In this document: in pieces, positions 30,701 to 39,884 of the stretch | Numbering within the stretch: position 1 is the stretch's first letter | How the letters are laid out: every line of letters begins with the position of its first letter | Source of the DNA: a virus | Length of the DNA stretch: 64,000 bases | Virus record (IMG/VR): IMGVR_UViG_3300042261_000868 | Coordinates: 16,665-80,664 of that record | Reading direction: 5' to 3' (one strand) | Notes under the pieces: generated by a model | What the model was told of the DNA's origin: nothing | Databases searched by the model: none | Seen by the model: the letters and a program-made list of their open reading frames with translations, nothing else | Made by a program: the position numbers and the translations under genes

Positions 30701-33700
30701 GTGAAGATTATATAGTTATCTCGTCTGTATTCAAAAGCGGAACTAATAAGTTAATATCCCTTAGAGAAGATTCTCCAGCTAATAAAACATCAGTTTTAGA
30801 TATTTGGGAAGAAAAATTAACAGATGCCAATATTGGTACATTGGGGGAATTCACATATTATATTGCAAACCACCCACAAAAATTCATTGAAACTTATACA
30901 CCAAGTGGTTTAATACCATACGGTGTTGCGGCATCTCCAGAAAACTATCTAAGTAATTTAGGTGCAATTTATGCTGGACATCCATCCGATGGCGGGTTGT
31001 GGTTGTGTTCTAGACCAACCATTGGTGAAGTTCTATATGATCCAAAAAACTTCTTAAACGAAAACTGTCCAAAGAATGAATTAATCCAACACGGATTTAA
31101 TGCTGTCAGTGGCTCCGAAAAATATACTTATTTCGTCTCTCCTGCATTATTTGAAACATACACTAACACGATTAACGGTAATAAAACACAATATCCAAAT
31201 TATATATATACTGGGCTTTATCAGTATCTTGAAAAAGAAAATGACGAATATACTATTAATGAAACTTGGAAAAGCAATATCCAAAGAAATCCAGCTTTAC
31301 TTGTCAACATAAAAAAGAAAGTAACCAGAGACGGATATAGCCCAACAGAAAAACGCGAGTTAATTAAGTTCCCATACTATGGAACTGATTGCTCTGGTTC
31401 ATTTGTGTTTTATAATACAGAAAAATACAATTCATTTAATCAGGTGTTTTCGGAATTCATTTCAGATCAATTTATTTCCCCAGAAATTATACTTGATAGA
31501 GACTTAATACATATTCATATGTATGATAACGACTCAACTGGATATCTTGGTTATGGTGATAAGAAGTCAAGTAGTATAAGAGATAAGGCTGGACTTTGGC
31601 CTTGGGTTGATTTGTTAGGCGCGGACGCATCAAATGATTGTGTTGTTGGTGAATACACATATCGCTGGGATCTTAGTGGTAATCTTTATTTTGCCTTAGT
31701 TGAAGAAGTTAATACCCTCACTGACGAAATTGTTGGTGCATATAAGCAGGAGAAAATTAAGATAACCAAATATCTTTCAAATGGCAAGAAGGCATTTGAT
31801 TACACCATAGATTATAGAGAAAATCTTGATATCACTAAGATGACCAAAATAAGCAAGAACGATATGGTTTATGCGGGAGAAGGCACAAAAACATTCCAAG
31901 ACCACCTTGCGGAAAAAAATAACGAGTATGGTATCTTCAACATCTTCGGTAATTCAATAAAACGTCAAATAATTAAAAACAATCTTTACAATAGCTTACA
32001 TGTTTATGGGAATAAACAGAATTACGAAAATACCGACAGAACTGTTATTTCTTACAATTGGGACGAAGTTTGCAAAGACGAATTTAATGAGAGCAGTATT
32101 AGTGGATATCCTTTCAAGTACACCAATATTTGTGAACTTATAAAAGAGAATGATTTGTATAACAATCCAAAAAGATATCAGTTTTACCTCGAATCTTATT
32201 CTTTTGGTGACGGTTCATTTAGTATTACTCCAGCAACCGAATGGTACACTCCAATATATCACCAAGAAAACACTAAGGTAAAAACAATAATACCTCCACA
32301 AATTCTAACAGAAAATCTCTGTGGAATACGCGAGAACCTCATAAAGCTCCGTTACAATCTATTTTCCCTTGTCGCACACAATGGTCTATTCTTTGGTGAT
32401 ATTCGTGTAATGGGCGAAGACCTAGATCGTTGCTATATGCCAAGCAATTGCTCAACAATTGCTTGTGGTGATGCTCCAACTTTCGTATTTGATTATGATG
32501 CAACAAAGGGACAACCAGAATATTATATGGATAAGCTAACAAATCCAAATAATCTTGAATGGCGTGACACTGGTATCGCAACTGATTTTACTTCTAATAT
32601 GTTTGCAAGATTCAGAAGAGATGTGTTAGCGGATAATAGACTTGATACAGAATTCTTAGTATCAAATGGATTGAATGTATATCCTCTAACATACAAAGAC
32701 TCTAATAATAAATACTGGAGTCCTCTTGATATTGCCACAAATAGTGCTATAACTAATAAAACACTTGATGCTAAAGCAAATGCGGTAATTTTCTGTGGTG
32801 GTGTTTTTGATGTGATGTACGACAAAAACTTCTATGAAACCATTTACTTCCTTGAAGAAATGGCTAAATTAGCACAAAATGAGCATGTTTGGGTTATATT
32901 CTTAACTATTCCACCAAGAGCAATGATGCAATATGATGTTGCCATTGAGAGACATGTTTGGTATAATAATTTAGTCGGCGGCGGAAGATTAGATGATCCA
33001 GCGGGACAGGTTAGAATGAGTATTAAAGAACAACCAATCACTGGTGACACTTGGAATGTTCCAATGGGATTTGGACCATATAGTGGCTTAGTTGATCCGT
33101 TCATTGGCAAGACAAAACTTGAAAAACTTGTTGCTATAAACGAATGGATGAAATCTAAACTCACTTCATATGACCACGATGTTTTGGATCTTTATGATTT
33201 CTTTGCAGATAAGACTACCCCAGCAATAAATCAACAGAAGTATGTTTTCAACCCAGCAGATAACACAATAAGCCCAACGGGTGAAGAGATTTATGGTTTT
33301 ATTAACCCAGAATACACCAATGGAAGATTCTCAAATGATGCACAGAATCAATTCAATGGGTTAATCTCTTATGTTGGTAATGAAGCAATGATTAACTTTA
33401 TCTATGAATCTGTTGACTTAACACCAAGATTTAATGCAAAAATAATGGACTTTGATGGAAACATAATTGATCCAAAGCAAATCTTTGACTATGAATACCC
33501 ACATTTATCCAGAAACCAAAGAGATGTTTATTATGACTTACACAAAGTTGGAGTTGAAAATACTTTCCATGAAACCCCAGGCGATTATGATCCGTCCATT
33601 GATATTGAATCAGTTAGATTGAAGCCAGGCGAAAATGGAAGCTTTAGTAACTTAATCCACAAAGTATGCTATGAAACCCTTTACTTTGATTTGCTATGCT

Positions 33701-35250
33701 GCTTATTAAAGCAAGATACTTGTTATGCCTCTTGTTACGAAACAATTTGTGATATATTGGGAGATAATAAGGACGATCCAAAGTACAAATGGAAGCAACA
33801 CAATCACGAAGAATGGACCACCCCAATCCTTGAATCACCATTTGCTGGACCATTCAGCACCGACGAATTCAATGTTTGGTTAGCTTCTGGTAATACCAAA
33901 GGCAACCGTTGGGGTACTAATATTTGGGCATCAGATGAGGGTGGAGTCATAACGGTTCATCACAAGAAGCAAAGAATCGGTATTAATGACCCACAAGCTG
34001 GTTATGCCGTTGAAGACGGTGTTTGGAAGCAAATTGAAAAATCCGCAAATCGCGGACATCTATACTATGCTACAATTACCACAGAAGTTAAGATTTCACA
34101 TATTGAAGTATCAGAACTTGAGAAACCAACTGCTTGTAGAGTCTTCTATGACGAGTTTATCTTTGATTTAGATGCTTATTCCGAACAAGGAATAGATACG
34201 TTAGTTAAAGACATAATTAGTGTATCTTATCCTAGCTACAGTGGTACTGAATTAGTCCCACATGCACAAGAATACAACACTAAGTATGAGATTCTAGGGC
34301 TTGAATGCGACGAGAATGTAAATGCATACCAGCCAGCGGAAAGCCAACTAAATCCATATGTCGGTGGAGATTCCCTTTGTAACTCAGAGTCGTTCTCATA
34401 CACTGAATGGGTAACAAGCTTCTTACAAGAGATGAAGAACAATGTTGGCTTAAGAAAAATTGTTGACCAAAAGGAAAACAAATACTTCTTTAAGTATGAC
34501 ATTAACAGACCTTTCGGAAGTACCACCTATAAGGATTCCGATTCCATTGAGTTAACCAATGATATTAAGATCGTTGAAACTGAGTGGAGACGTTATCAAG
34601 ATGGTGTTGGATTGGGTGGTGATGTCCCAATTCTCAATGTCAGTAGTGACAATAAGTTGGTTTGTAACGATTTGAACTCTTGGTTCATCGGCCAAACCGC
34701 ATTTGGTACACCAGACAGAGCAGTTGTGTTTGGTGGATTTGAATTCCCAGCAGACGGTAAGGTTAATGTAAGTACCCTCTGGTGGGAGAATCTTACAACA
34801 GACCTTACATTTAAATGGAATAAGTTTGCTATAAGCCCAGAAGATACCTTTAATAAAAATTATTCTAATAGAATTCTATCTTCAGTTTTTACAAATAAAG
34901 AGCCAACTACAGCCAAATCCTCATTAGGGGCTGTAATATTTGACTTAACTAACAACATTCTTGTTGAAAGACATGGCACAGCTATATTTGATAAGCAGAA
35001 TTCAGTCCAGGTAACTGTTGAGTTGCCAGAAATTTTGGTCAATAAAGATAAATACAGTATAACATTGACACCTAGTGATAACATCAACTGCTGGTGGGAA
35101 AATAAGACTCCAAGCAGCTTTACAATTAAAATAGATGCAGAGGAATGGTCTGGGTCGGTTGAGTGGTTTGTTACCTTAAACGACAAAGTTACTAGTGAAG
35201 ATGTAGATAAGGACTCAAATAAGGCTTTCAATAGCTACGAGGAACTCTAA
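27769..35250 (+). CDS. giant (2493 aa) tail-fibre/virion protein with kelch-like repeats and a degenerate SGNH domain
   Basis: GG-containing blade repeats (GIAIGG..STESWNGIAWT, ALFFGG, AVVFGG); SGNH-like blocks at ~32455-33420; C-terminal shared beta module. Confidence 0.6.
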   Translation: MEVNDTKKALLTKELRLQTDKLLAEVSTQSTSGSEVTNIDSFKFSDEWTNNKNVFSNATVEKIKSTTIADLVNIPEGLVYNNVNDTLTFVDESLSKYFGSSCKIEGSNQITLNELVSDIEIFDTLDKINNFGDVYDFQFRQLDFSTNKYSNVKPFVTFEKILGYFSIDKLLNDELIRKNSQTALNEEYANTDRSSEFPPYSGFLINSEYLNNGWVSIDQIIRSAYNDDYAYDTEASLAIRTTKIKEAKRALIVLTLSYVCDIFNLNSFNKLSDFGVRIIDRTTGKELSVTNTKNELIEKIATTIVATYSGQLEEPTNGEQINVASNLNQTKTKCNKIKTNKCNGTLFTTSDKQNTNTEENGFIHEIDAQVRLNPFRELLLAKPDILNTIDPIHWTSGVDNLTQTGELYDIIKEFGGNTYKSGKLNQDRAFAYGSGEFTNGIAIGGYFHDSNNIGITNSTESWNGIAWTNRENCPLDAACGLTGGNQDLAVMSYGLSSSWTNEDKTFDNFFKPSINTLTTQSAIFQNNTWKIISEISPVLPRHSVAGKINIKYDESVPGENIEQIYDKTIFPMCNVAISQAKQFASQKFDFSTEASSLSGAVETPNTSPRVWFDIWQCNGVAFGGSNSEHQPMNTITDKSELSTGITDEFESINWTHINKNTINPEDSELVVETQTFGCWFVDPTRKYPIKALGVSYVGTNDSGLATGGKTSNSLSNETRDNVKVNMKTYYFDVEKYNQNNLSVIPYCYENNGISWIRRDDLPEAVYYHAGVGDNEYALFFGGLHGSLETPQVYTSFKNCQDWETLINLYGGAFARNGAFSLNGNLRYSSFSNIYDGNSVGAENSYGNSYFKNRNNQTTDTSTVIYSSEYLNSENQTLQDIYPNITDFLSVQDPEFTFPNKQIHTNVYKKLIYTYNKLYFKATHYSIVYDLVFDQKIVSDYEKITVNMIDGTITVLATEDNEEAVKQYFGTLNNILLTSEDYIVISSVFKSGTNKLISLREDSPANKTSVLDIWEEKLTDANIGTLGEFTYYIANHPQKFIETYTPSGLIPYGVAASPENYLSNLGAIYAGHPSDGGLWLCSRPTIGEVLYDPKNFLNENCPKNELIQHGFNAVSGSEKYTYFVSPALFETYTNTINGNKTQYPNYIYTGLYQYLEKENDEYTINETWKSNIQRNPALLVNIKKKVTRDGYSPTEKRELIKFPYYGTDCSGSFVFYNTEKYNSFNQVFSEFISDQFISPEIILDRDLIHIHMYDNDSTGYLGYGDKKSSSIRDKAGLWPWVDLLGADASNDCVVGEYTYRWDLSGNLYFALVEEVNTLTDEIVGAYKQEKIKITKYLSNGKKAFDYTIDYRENLDITKMTKISKNDMVYAGEGTKTFQDHLAEKNNEYGIFNIFGNSIKRQIIKNNLYNSLHVYGNKQNYENTDRTVISYNWDEVCKDEFNESSISGYPFKYTNICELIKENDLYNNPKRYQFYLESYSFGDGSFSITPATEWYTPIYHQENTKVKTIIPPQILTENLCGIRENLIKLRYNLFSLVAHNGLFFGDIRVMGEDLDRCYMPSNCSTIACGDAPTFVFDYDATKGQPEYYMDKLTNPNNLEWRDTGIATDFTSNMFARFRRDVLADNRLDTEFLVSNGLNVYPLTYKDSNNKYWSPLDIATNSAITNKTLDAKANAVIFCGGVFDVMYDKNFYETIYFLEEMAKLAQNEHVWVIFLTIPPRAMMQYDVAIERHVWYNNLVGGGRLDDPAGQVRMSIKEQPITGDTWNVPMGFGPYSGLVDPFIGKTKLEKLVAINEWMKSKLTSYDHDVLDLYDFFADKTTPAINQQKYVFNPADNTISPTGEEIYGFINPEYTNGRFSNDAQNQFNGLISYVGNEAMINFIYESVDLTPRFNAKIMDFDGNIIDPKQIFDYEYPHLSRNQRDVYYDLHKVGVENTFHETPGDYDPSIDIESVRLKPGENGSFSNLIHKVCYETLYFDLLCCLLKQDTCYASCYETICDILGDNKDDPKYKWKQHNHEEWTTPILESPFAGPFSTDEFNVWLASGNTKGNRWGTNIWASDEGGVITVHHKKQRIGINDPQAGYAVEDGVWKQIEKSANRGHLYYATITTEVKISHIEVSELEKPTACRVFYDEFIFDLDAYSEQGIDTLVKDIISVSYPSYSGTELVPHAQEYNTKYEILGLECDENVNAYQPAESQLNPYVGGDSLCNSESFSYTEWVTSFLQEMKNNVGLRKIVDQKENKYFFKYDINRPFGSTTYKDSDSIELTNDIKIVETEWRRYQDGVGLGGDVPILNVSSDNKLVCNDLNSWFIGQTAFGTPDRAVVFGGFEFPADGKVNVSTLWWENLTTDLTFKWNKFAISPEDTFNKNYSNRILSSVFTNKEPTTAKSSLGAVIFDLTNNILVERHGTAIFDKQNSVQVTVELPEILVNKDKYSITLTPSDNINCWWENKTPSSFTIKIDAEEWSGSVEWFVTLNDKVTSEDVDKDSNKAFNSYEEL

Positions 35251-35251
35251 T

Positions 35252-36526
35252 ATGACTGAAGAAGCAAAGAAATTTACATCAGACGGTGTGGTATTAAGAG
35301 GTCCAGCATCTTTTGGCTCTAATGGCTACTTAACCGATGTTGAGATGGGCATTTTTATAAACGAAAAAGGTGATTTGATTTTTAGAGACAATTATGTTAA
35401 AAATGTACTTAAAAAAGATGCCATATCCCTTAGAGAACTTTATAATAAAAACAAAGGTGTATTTTCAGAAGTATCAGATGGAGTTGAAAAACTCTTTTTT
35501 AAAGATTCCACCGTTAGTAGAGCCTATTCCTTAGAAGAAATTGTTAACCTCTGTCAGAGTGCTAGAAAGAGCCTCATCACTGGTCCTCTTTGGTGGGTTG
35601 GTAGAACAGAAATTGATCATACTGAATGTGCAAACATTACTATTGAAACCGAAAAGGATAATCCAGATGCTCCACACCTTCTATGGAGCTTGGATAGATA
35701 CTTGTCGGAAGTTACCAATACGAAACCTTGTGATTCTCCAAGCCCAATGACTTTCTATGAGAAAACCATAGACCCAAAAACTGGCGAATGGATTTGGTGG
35801 GATGTTCAGAACCTTGAGATAGTTGTTCCTCCAGTTTCAGATCCATATAAACTTGCGACAATCATTGCTAAGTTAAGTTACCAAACATATAACTCAGAAG
35901 AACCAGTTATTTTCAGACTATATGATGCAACTATTGGTAAGGAATTAACCAGAACCGCCGTAATCCAAGCAAACAAGGGTAAATTGCTAACCCCAGTTAC
36001 TATGACTTATTTTGGAAATATATACGACCAAAATAGCCTTATAAATTCAACAACAAACTGTTCTACTGATGATTGTAGTTGCACCACGGTTGATTGCTTT
36101 GACGGTGATGGTAACTGCTTCGTTCCTAATGTTAAATATGTGAACAGCACATATATGACCCAATCACACATTATTAAGGTTCAATTCCATGTTACTAATT
36201 ATCAACCTAACCATTGGGAAAGAGTGATGGGTGCGGCATATGGGACGGAATCGGTTACTAAATCAAGTATTGAAGCAGTAATGTTTGATATCAACCCAAG
36301 TTCCCGTATTAGCAGAAAACAAGGAACAGCAGAAATAGCAAATTCAGACACCTTTAAAGTTACTCTTGACAGCAATTTTGCCACTTCATCATATTCCATT
36401 CAATTAACCCCAAATAAAAATGTAAAAGTTTGGGTCATTGACAAGTCTGAAAGTGGATTCACTATTAAATGCTCCAAAAAAATAACTTGTTCAGTTGATT
36501 GGACTGCGATACTTTTAAATAAATAG
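35252..36526 (+). CDS. Cys-rich virion structural protein
   Basis: Position in the tail block; C-terminal shared beta module. Confidence 0.55.
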   Translation: MTEEAKKFTSDGVVLRGPASFGSNGYLTDVEMGIFINEKGDLIFRDNYVKNVLKKDAISLRELYNKNKGVFSEVSDGVEKLFFKDSTVSRAYSLEEIVNLCQSARKSLITGPLWWVGRTEIDHTECANITIETEKDNPDAPHLLWSLDRYLSEVTNTKPCDSPSPMTFYEKTIDPKTGEWIWWDVQNLEIVVPPVSDPYKLATIIAKLSYQTYNSEEPVIFRLYDATIGKELTRTAVIQANKGKLLTPVTMTYFGNIYDQNSLINSTTNCSTDDCSCTTVDCFDGDGNCFVPNVKYVNSTYMTQSHIIKVQFHVTNYQPNHWERVMGAAYGTESVTKSSIEAVMFDINPSSRISRKQGTAEIANSDTFKVTLDSNFATSSYSIQLTPNKNVKVWVIDKSESGFTIKCSKKITCSVDWTAILLNK

Positions 36527-36543
36527 ATAAATAAGGATACATT

Positions 36544-39102
36544 ATGGCTGGCACACCCTTTTTAGCATCAGAAATAAATATTGGCGACTTAGCAAACAAA
36601 ATAAGTATTGCTAGTGATGGGAGTATGACATTCACCGATCCATATGTCCCTACTATAAAATTAAAGGATTTATCGATCATTAATGAAAGAAGTGCTAGAA
36701 TAAGTGGAGATGCTATTCTCCAAGATCAAATTTCCGACTTAGCAAGTATAACTGGTGACTATACATTACTCACCACTACTGAAAGCATCTCTGGTGACTT
36801 ACAATCTCAAATTGACTCAAACTCTATTTCAATTAATAACTTAGCAAGTATAACTGGTAACTATACATTACTCACCACTACTGAAAGCATCTCTGGTGAC
36901 TTACAATCTCAAATTGACTCAAACTCTATTTCAATTAATAACTTAGCAAGTATAACTGGTAACTATACATTACTCACCACTACTGAAAGTATCTCTGGTG
37001 ACTTACAATCTCAAATTGACTCAAAGCAACCTCATATAACTCTTGTTGCTGGAAGTAATATAAGTATCGTAGAGTCACCTATAGATACTTGGACAATTGG
37101 TTCCAATGGTAGCATTGCGGCAACTACTAATGCTACGAATACCACAAGGTATCCTTTGTTTGCGAGTAGCATAAGTGGTGATGTATCTCTCTACACGGAT
37201 GGTGACTTAACATATAATCCTTCAACAAACTTATGGACAGTTAAGGCAATATCTTCACCGAAGTCGGTAGATTCAAGTCAAGGGTTTGGACTTGATGCTC
37301 TAAAAAATAATACGGGGGCAAATAATACTGCTGTTGGTTATCAAGGACTCTTTACTAACATCACTGGAGGTGGCAACGTTGCCATAGGATACCAAGCGGG
37401 GTATTACGAAACTGGAAGCAACAAACTCCACATTGCCAATAACTCTAGCAGTTCCCTGGTCTACGGTGACTTCGATGCAGGTACTCTTGCGATCAACCTC
37501 GCATCGTCTAGGCAGGCCCTTTTCAGTCTACAGGGATCAACATATGCTGACCTGAATCTCGGTGGCGGCGCTGGTGCGCTGGGGCAACTCACGCTCCATA
37601 GCGATGGGGCACCGACCACCGCAGATCGTGCCAGAATCAGATTCACCACGAGCAGCGTAGGCGATGATTGGGCTATTCAGCGCGTGGGGGCGGGTTCCCC
37701 GAATCTCGGGAAGCGCATATCCTTCTGCTATGGAAATCTGTCCGGTGCACCGCTCGAAGTGATGGGTCTGTACCAGGACGGCGGCGTGCAGATCGGCGGC
37801 ACCTACGGCACCAGCCCAGGTGCCGGTAATCTTTCAATTAACAGTAATTCAGCGGCATTACCATCATTAACAGTAAAAGGTGCAACTGGTCAGACTGCCG
37901 ACCTCCAGCAATGGCAGGACAGCTCTGGAAACTCGCTAGTCGCGGTCCACAGTGAAGGGTTCAGCGTCCGCACTCGTCCTGGTGGCGCCAACCAGCGAAT
38001 CTACATCCGCCCGATTGCTGGGAATGAAACGGGCGAGATGGAGATTGCCGCCGACAGCGTGATGTCCCTCAAAGCTGCTAGTTTCTACCAGTACTACATC
38101 GGCGGCAGTAGTTATCGAGTCGATCTGTACAATAGTCGATTCCGCTTCAAGGACAACCTCACGTTTGGCGAAGCGGCAGCCGGATTGTCTGCCAATGTGC
38201 AGTTCGAGGTTGCGACTCAGATCCGCAGCAACAATGCGGCGGCGATCCCCTTGTACGTTCGCGGATTCACCGGGCAGACCGCCAACCTGCAAGAGTGGCA
38301 GAACAGCGCCGGGCAAATCCTGGCCTTCGTAGCGAGTAACGGAGCGGTCTCGCTCAACCCCCTCCAGGCCGCAATAACCCCGCTCACAGTCAATATGGGT
38401 TCCACCAGAACTGCCATATTCAGTCTGAACTCGTCGACGTATGCCGACTTGAATCTTGGTGGTGGCGCTGGGGCATTGGGTCAGCTAACGCTTCATTCGG
38501 ACGGCCTCCCTACCACCGTAAATCAAGCCAGGATCAGATTCACCACGAACACCGGGTCCGACAGCTGGTTGATTCAGCGTGTCGGGCAGGGCAGTCCCAA
38601 CCTCAACAAGCGTCTCGCCTTCCAGTACGGGACCATCGGTGGAACGCTTCTTGAACCCCTCGGCCTGTACCAGGACGGTGGCGTTCAGGTCGGTGGCACC
38701 TTCAGCACTAGTCCAGGTTCCGGCAATCTCGCAATCAACAGTAATTCAGCGGCACTACCATCATTGACAGTAAAAGGTGCGGCTGCCCAGACGGCCAACC
38801 TCCAAGAGTGGCGGAATTCAACGAATAGTATATTAACATCTATAGCATCTGATGGTAACATATCTTTAATAAAAGGAGTTCCTTATAGTTGGCCTTCCAG
38901 CAACTCAATAGGAACTTTAACAAATAATGGATCTGGTGGATTATCGTGGCAACAACCAAGTTCATCATTTATAAACCTAGATTCTGTTCCAACCCCAACA
39001 ACTAGTGGCTCATTTGGTCAAATGGGTGTAATTAGTGGCTACATGTATATATGGACTGGAATAAATACTGTCGTTAGACAAGTAGTAGAAACTTCATGGT
39101 AA
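36544..39102 (+). CDS. tail fibre protein (mosaic)
   Basis: ISGDLQSQID coiled-coil repeats, NTAVGY/NVAIGY trimeric head repeats and GQTA.LQ.W repeats typical of phage fibres. Confidence 0.8.
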   Translation: MAGTPFLASEINIGDLANKISIASDGSMTFTDPYVPTIKLKDLSIINERSARISGDAILQDQISDLASITGDYTLLTTTESISGDLQSQIDSNSISINNLASITGNYTLLTTTESISGDLQSQIDSNSISINNLASITGNYTLLTTTESISGDLQSQIDSKQPHITLVAGSNISIVESPIDTWTIGSNGSIAATTNATNTTRYPLFASSISGDVSLYTDGDLTYNPSTNLWTVKAISSPKSVDSSQGFGLDALKNNTGANNTAVGYQGLFTNITGGGNVAIGYQAGYYETGSNKLHIANNSSSSLVYGDFDAGTLAINLASSRQALFSLQGSTYADLNLGGGAGALGQLTLHSDGAPTTADRARIRFTTSSVGDDWAIQRVGAGSPNLGKRISFCYGNLSGAPLEVMGLYQDGGVQIGGTYGTSPGAGNLSINSNSAALPSLTVKGATGQTADLQQWQDSSGNSLVAVHSEGFSVRTRPGGANQRIYIRPIAGNETGEMEIAADSVMSLKAASFYQYYIGGSSYRVDLYNSRFRFKDNLTFGEAAAGLSANVQFEVATQIRSNNAAAIPLYVRGFTGQTANLQEWQNSAGQILAFVASNGAVSLNPLQAAITPLTVNMGSTRTAIFSLNSSTYADLNLGGGAGALGQLTLHSDGLPTTVNQARIRFTTNTGSDSWLIQRVGQGSPNLNKRLAFQYGTIGGTLLEPLGLYQDGGVQVGGTFSTSPGSGNLAINSNSAALPSLTVKGAAAQTANLQEWRNSTNSILTSIASDGNISLIKGVPYSWPSSNSIGTLTNNGSGGLSWQQPSSSFINLDSVPTPTTSGSFGQMGVISGYMYIWTGINTVVRQVVETSW
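36739..37025 (+). repeat. 102-bp near-perfect tandem repeat, about 2.8 copies
   Basis: Units start at 36739, 36841 and 36943 and encode LASITGNYTLLTTTESISGDLQSQIDSNSISINN. Confidence 0.92.
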
Positions 39103-39123
39103 TCAAATAATAAGGAGAAAAAT

Positions 39124-39495
39124 ATGCCAACAAATTATAAACAATCAGATGTAGTAGGTACTTTCTGGAAACGTGCCAATTCTGTTAGTATACAAAATAC
39201 ACTAAACGGTACACCAAGTATCACTTATCACGAGTTTGATGCAATTCAAATCGCAGATAAAATAATAGAAAACTCTGTTAGTAGTGTTTCGCAAACAATG
39301 ATTGACGAAAATGTGACATTTCCTTTAGTCAATTCAGAGAATTGGTCAGAACCTATGATCCAATCATATAAAGATGCAATGGTCGCTGCTATTCAATCTG
39401 GTGAAGTTCCTATTTGGGTAATTTATCAATTACTCAATAGCCATTATGCACATCTAGCAACAACAAGAGATTTAGCCCCAGAGAATAATCAATAA
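39124..39495 (+). CDS. putative tail-fibre-associated protein (assembly chaperone-like position)
   Basis: AAGGAG RBS; directly follows the fibre gene; NYK...V.GT.W.RA..V.I.N..NG.PSIT start. Confidence 0.5.
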   Translation: MPTNYKQSDVVGTFWKRANSVSIQNTLNGTPSITYHEFDAIQIADKIIENSVSSVSQTMIDENVTFPLVNSENWSEPMIQSYKDAMVAAIQSGEVPIWVIYQLLNSHYAHLATTRDLAPENNQ

Positions 39496-39509
39496 ATATA
39501 TTATATGAT

Positions 39510-39761
39510 ATGAGTCATATCCAAATAGTAAATACTAATGATGGGATTGGTAAGTCCCTAGAAGAAAATTTAGGTATATCAACTGTTGCTACCTCCACCG
39601 AATCTTTATCTTTTGAACCAACTGATATAAGAGGCGGGATAGCAATAAAATCAGATTCCTTACCCACCGATCCAACCCCAGGTACTATTTCTATAGATTC
39701 AAACGATGGAAATACTCTTAAGTGGTGGAACGGAACAATCTGGAAGTCCGCTGGGCAGTAA
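39510..39761 (+). CDS. small virion protein
   Basis: PTDPTPGTI.IDS....LKWWNGTIW fibre-type motif. Confidence 0.55.
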   Translation: MSHIQIVNTNDGIGKSLEENLGISTVATSTESLSFEPTDIRGGIAIKSDSLPTDPTPGTISIDSNDGNTLKWWNGTIWKSAGQ

Positions 39762-39860
39762 GTTATTAATAACCCCAATATAATATACAAGATTTCAATA
39801 TAATAATTAATAAACCATTATTATTTTTAATAAACTTAAAGAGATGACATATAAGGAAAA

Positions 39861-39868
39861 TATAAATA
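39861..39868 (+). promoter_or_regulatory. T4-type late promoter TATAAATA
   Basis: Exact consensus 16 nt upstream of ATG 39885. Confidence 0.6.
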
Positions 39869-39884
39869 GATAAGAGCATGAATT

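Noticed and set aside
36739-37025. CRISPR array
   Set aside because: The units are contiguous in-frame coding repeats without unique spacers; the same holds for the poly-Ser and EAQKQL repeats.
37936-38417. Antisense ORFs in the tail fibre gene
   Set aside because: Expected from the scarcity of stops in the GC-rich cassette; no RBS or recognisable motifs.
37500-38820. Diversity-generating retroelement template/variable repeat pair
   Set aside because: Both copies are in frame within one ORF, their differences are not adenine-specific, and there is no reverse transcriptase in the window.
39762-39884. Replication origin in the AT-rich intergenic gap
   Set aside because: No iterons or other supporting structure; the late promoter region explains it adequately.
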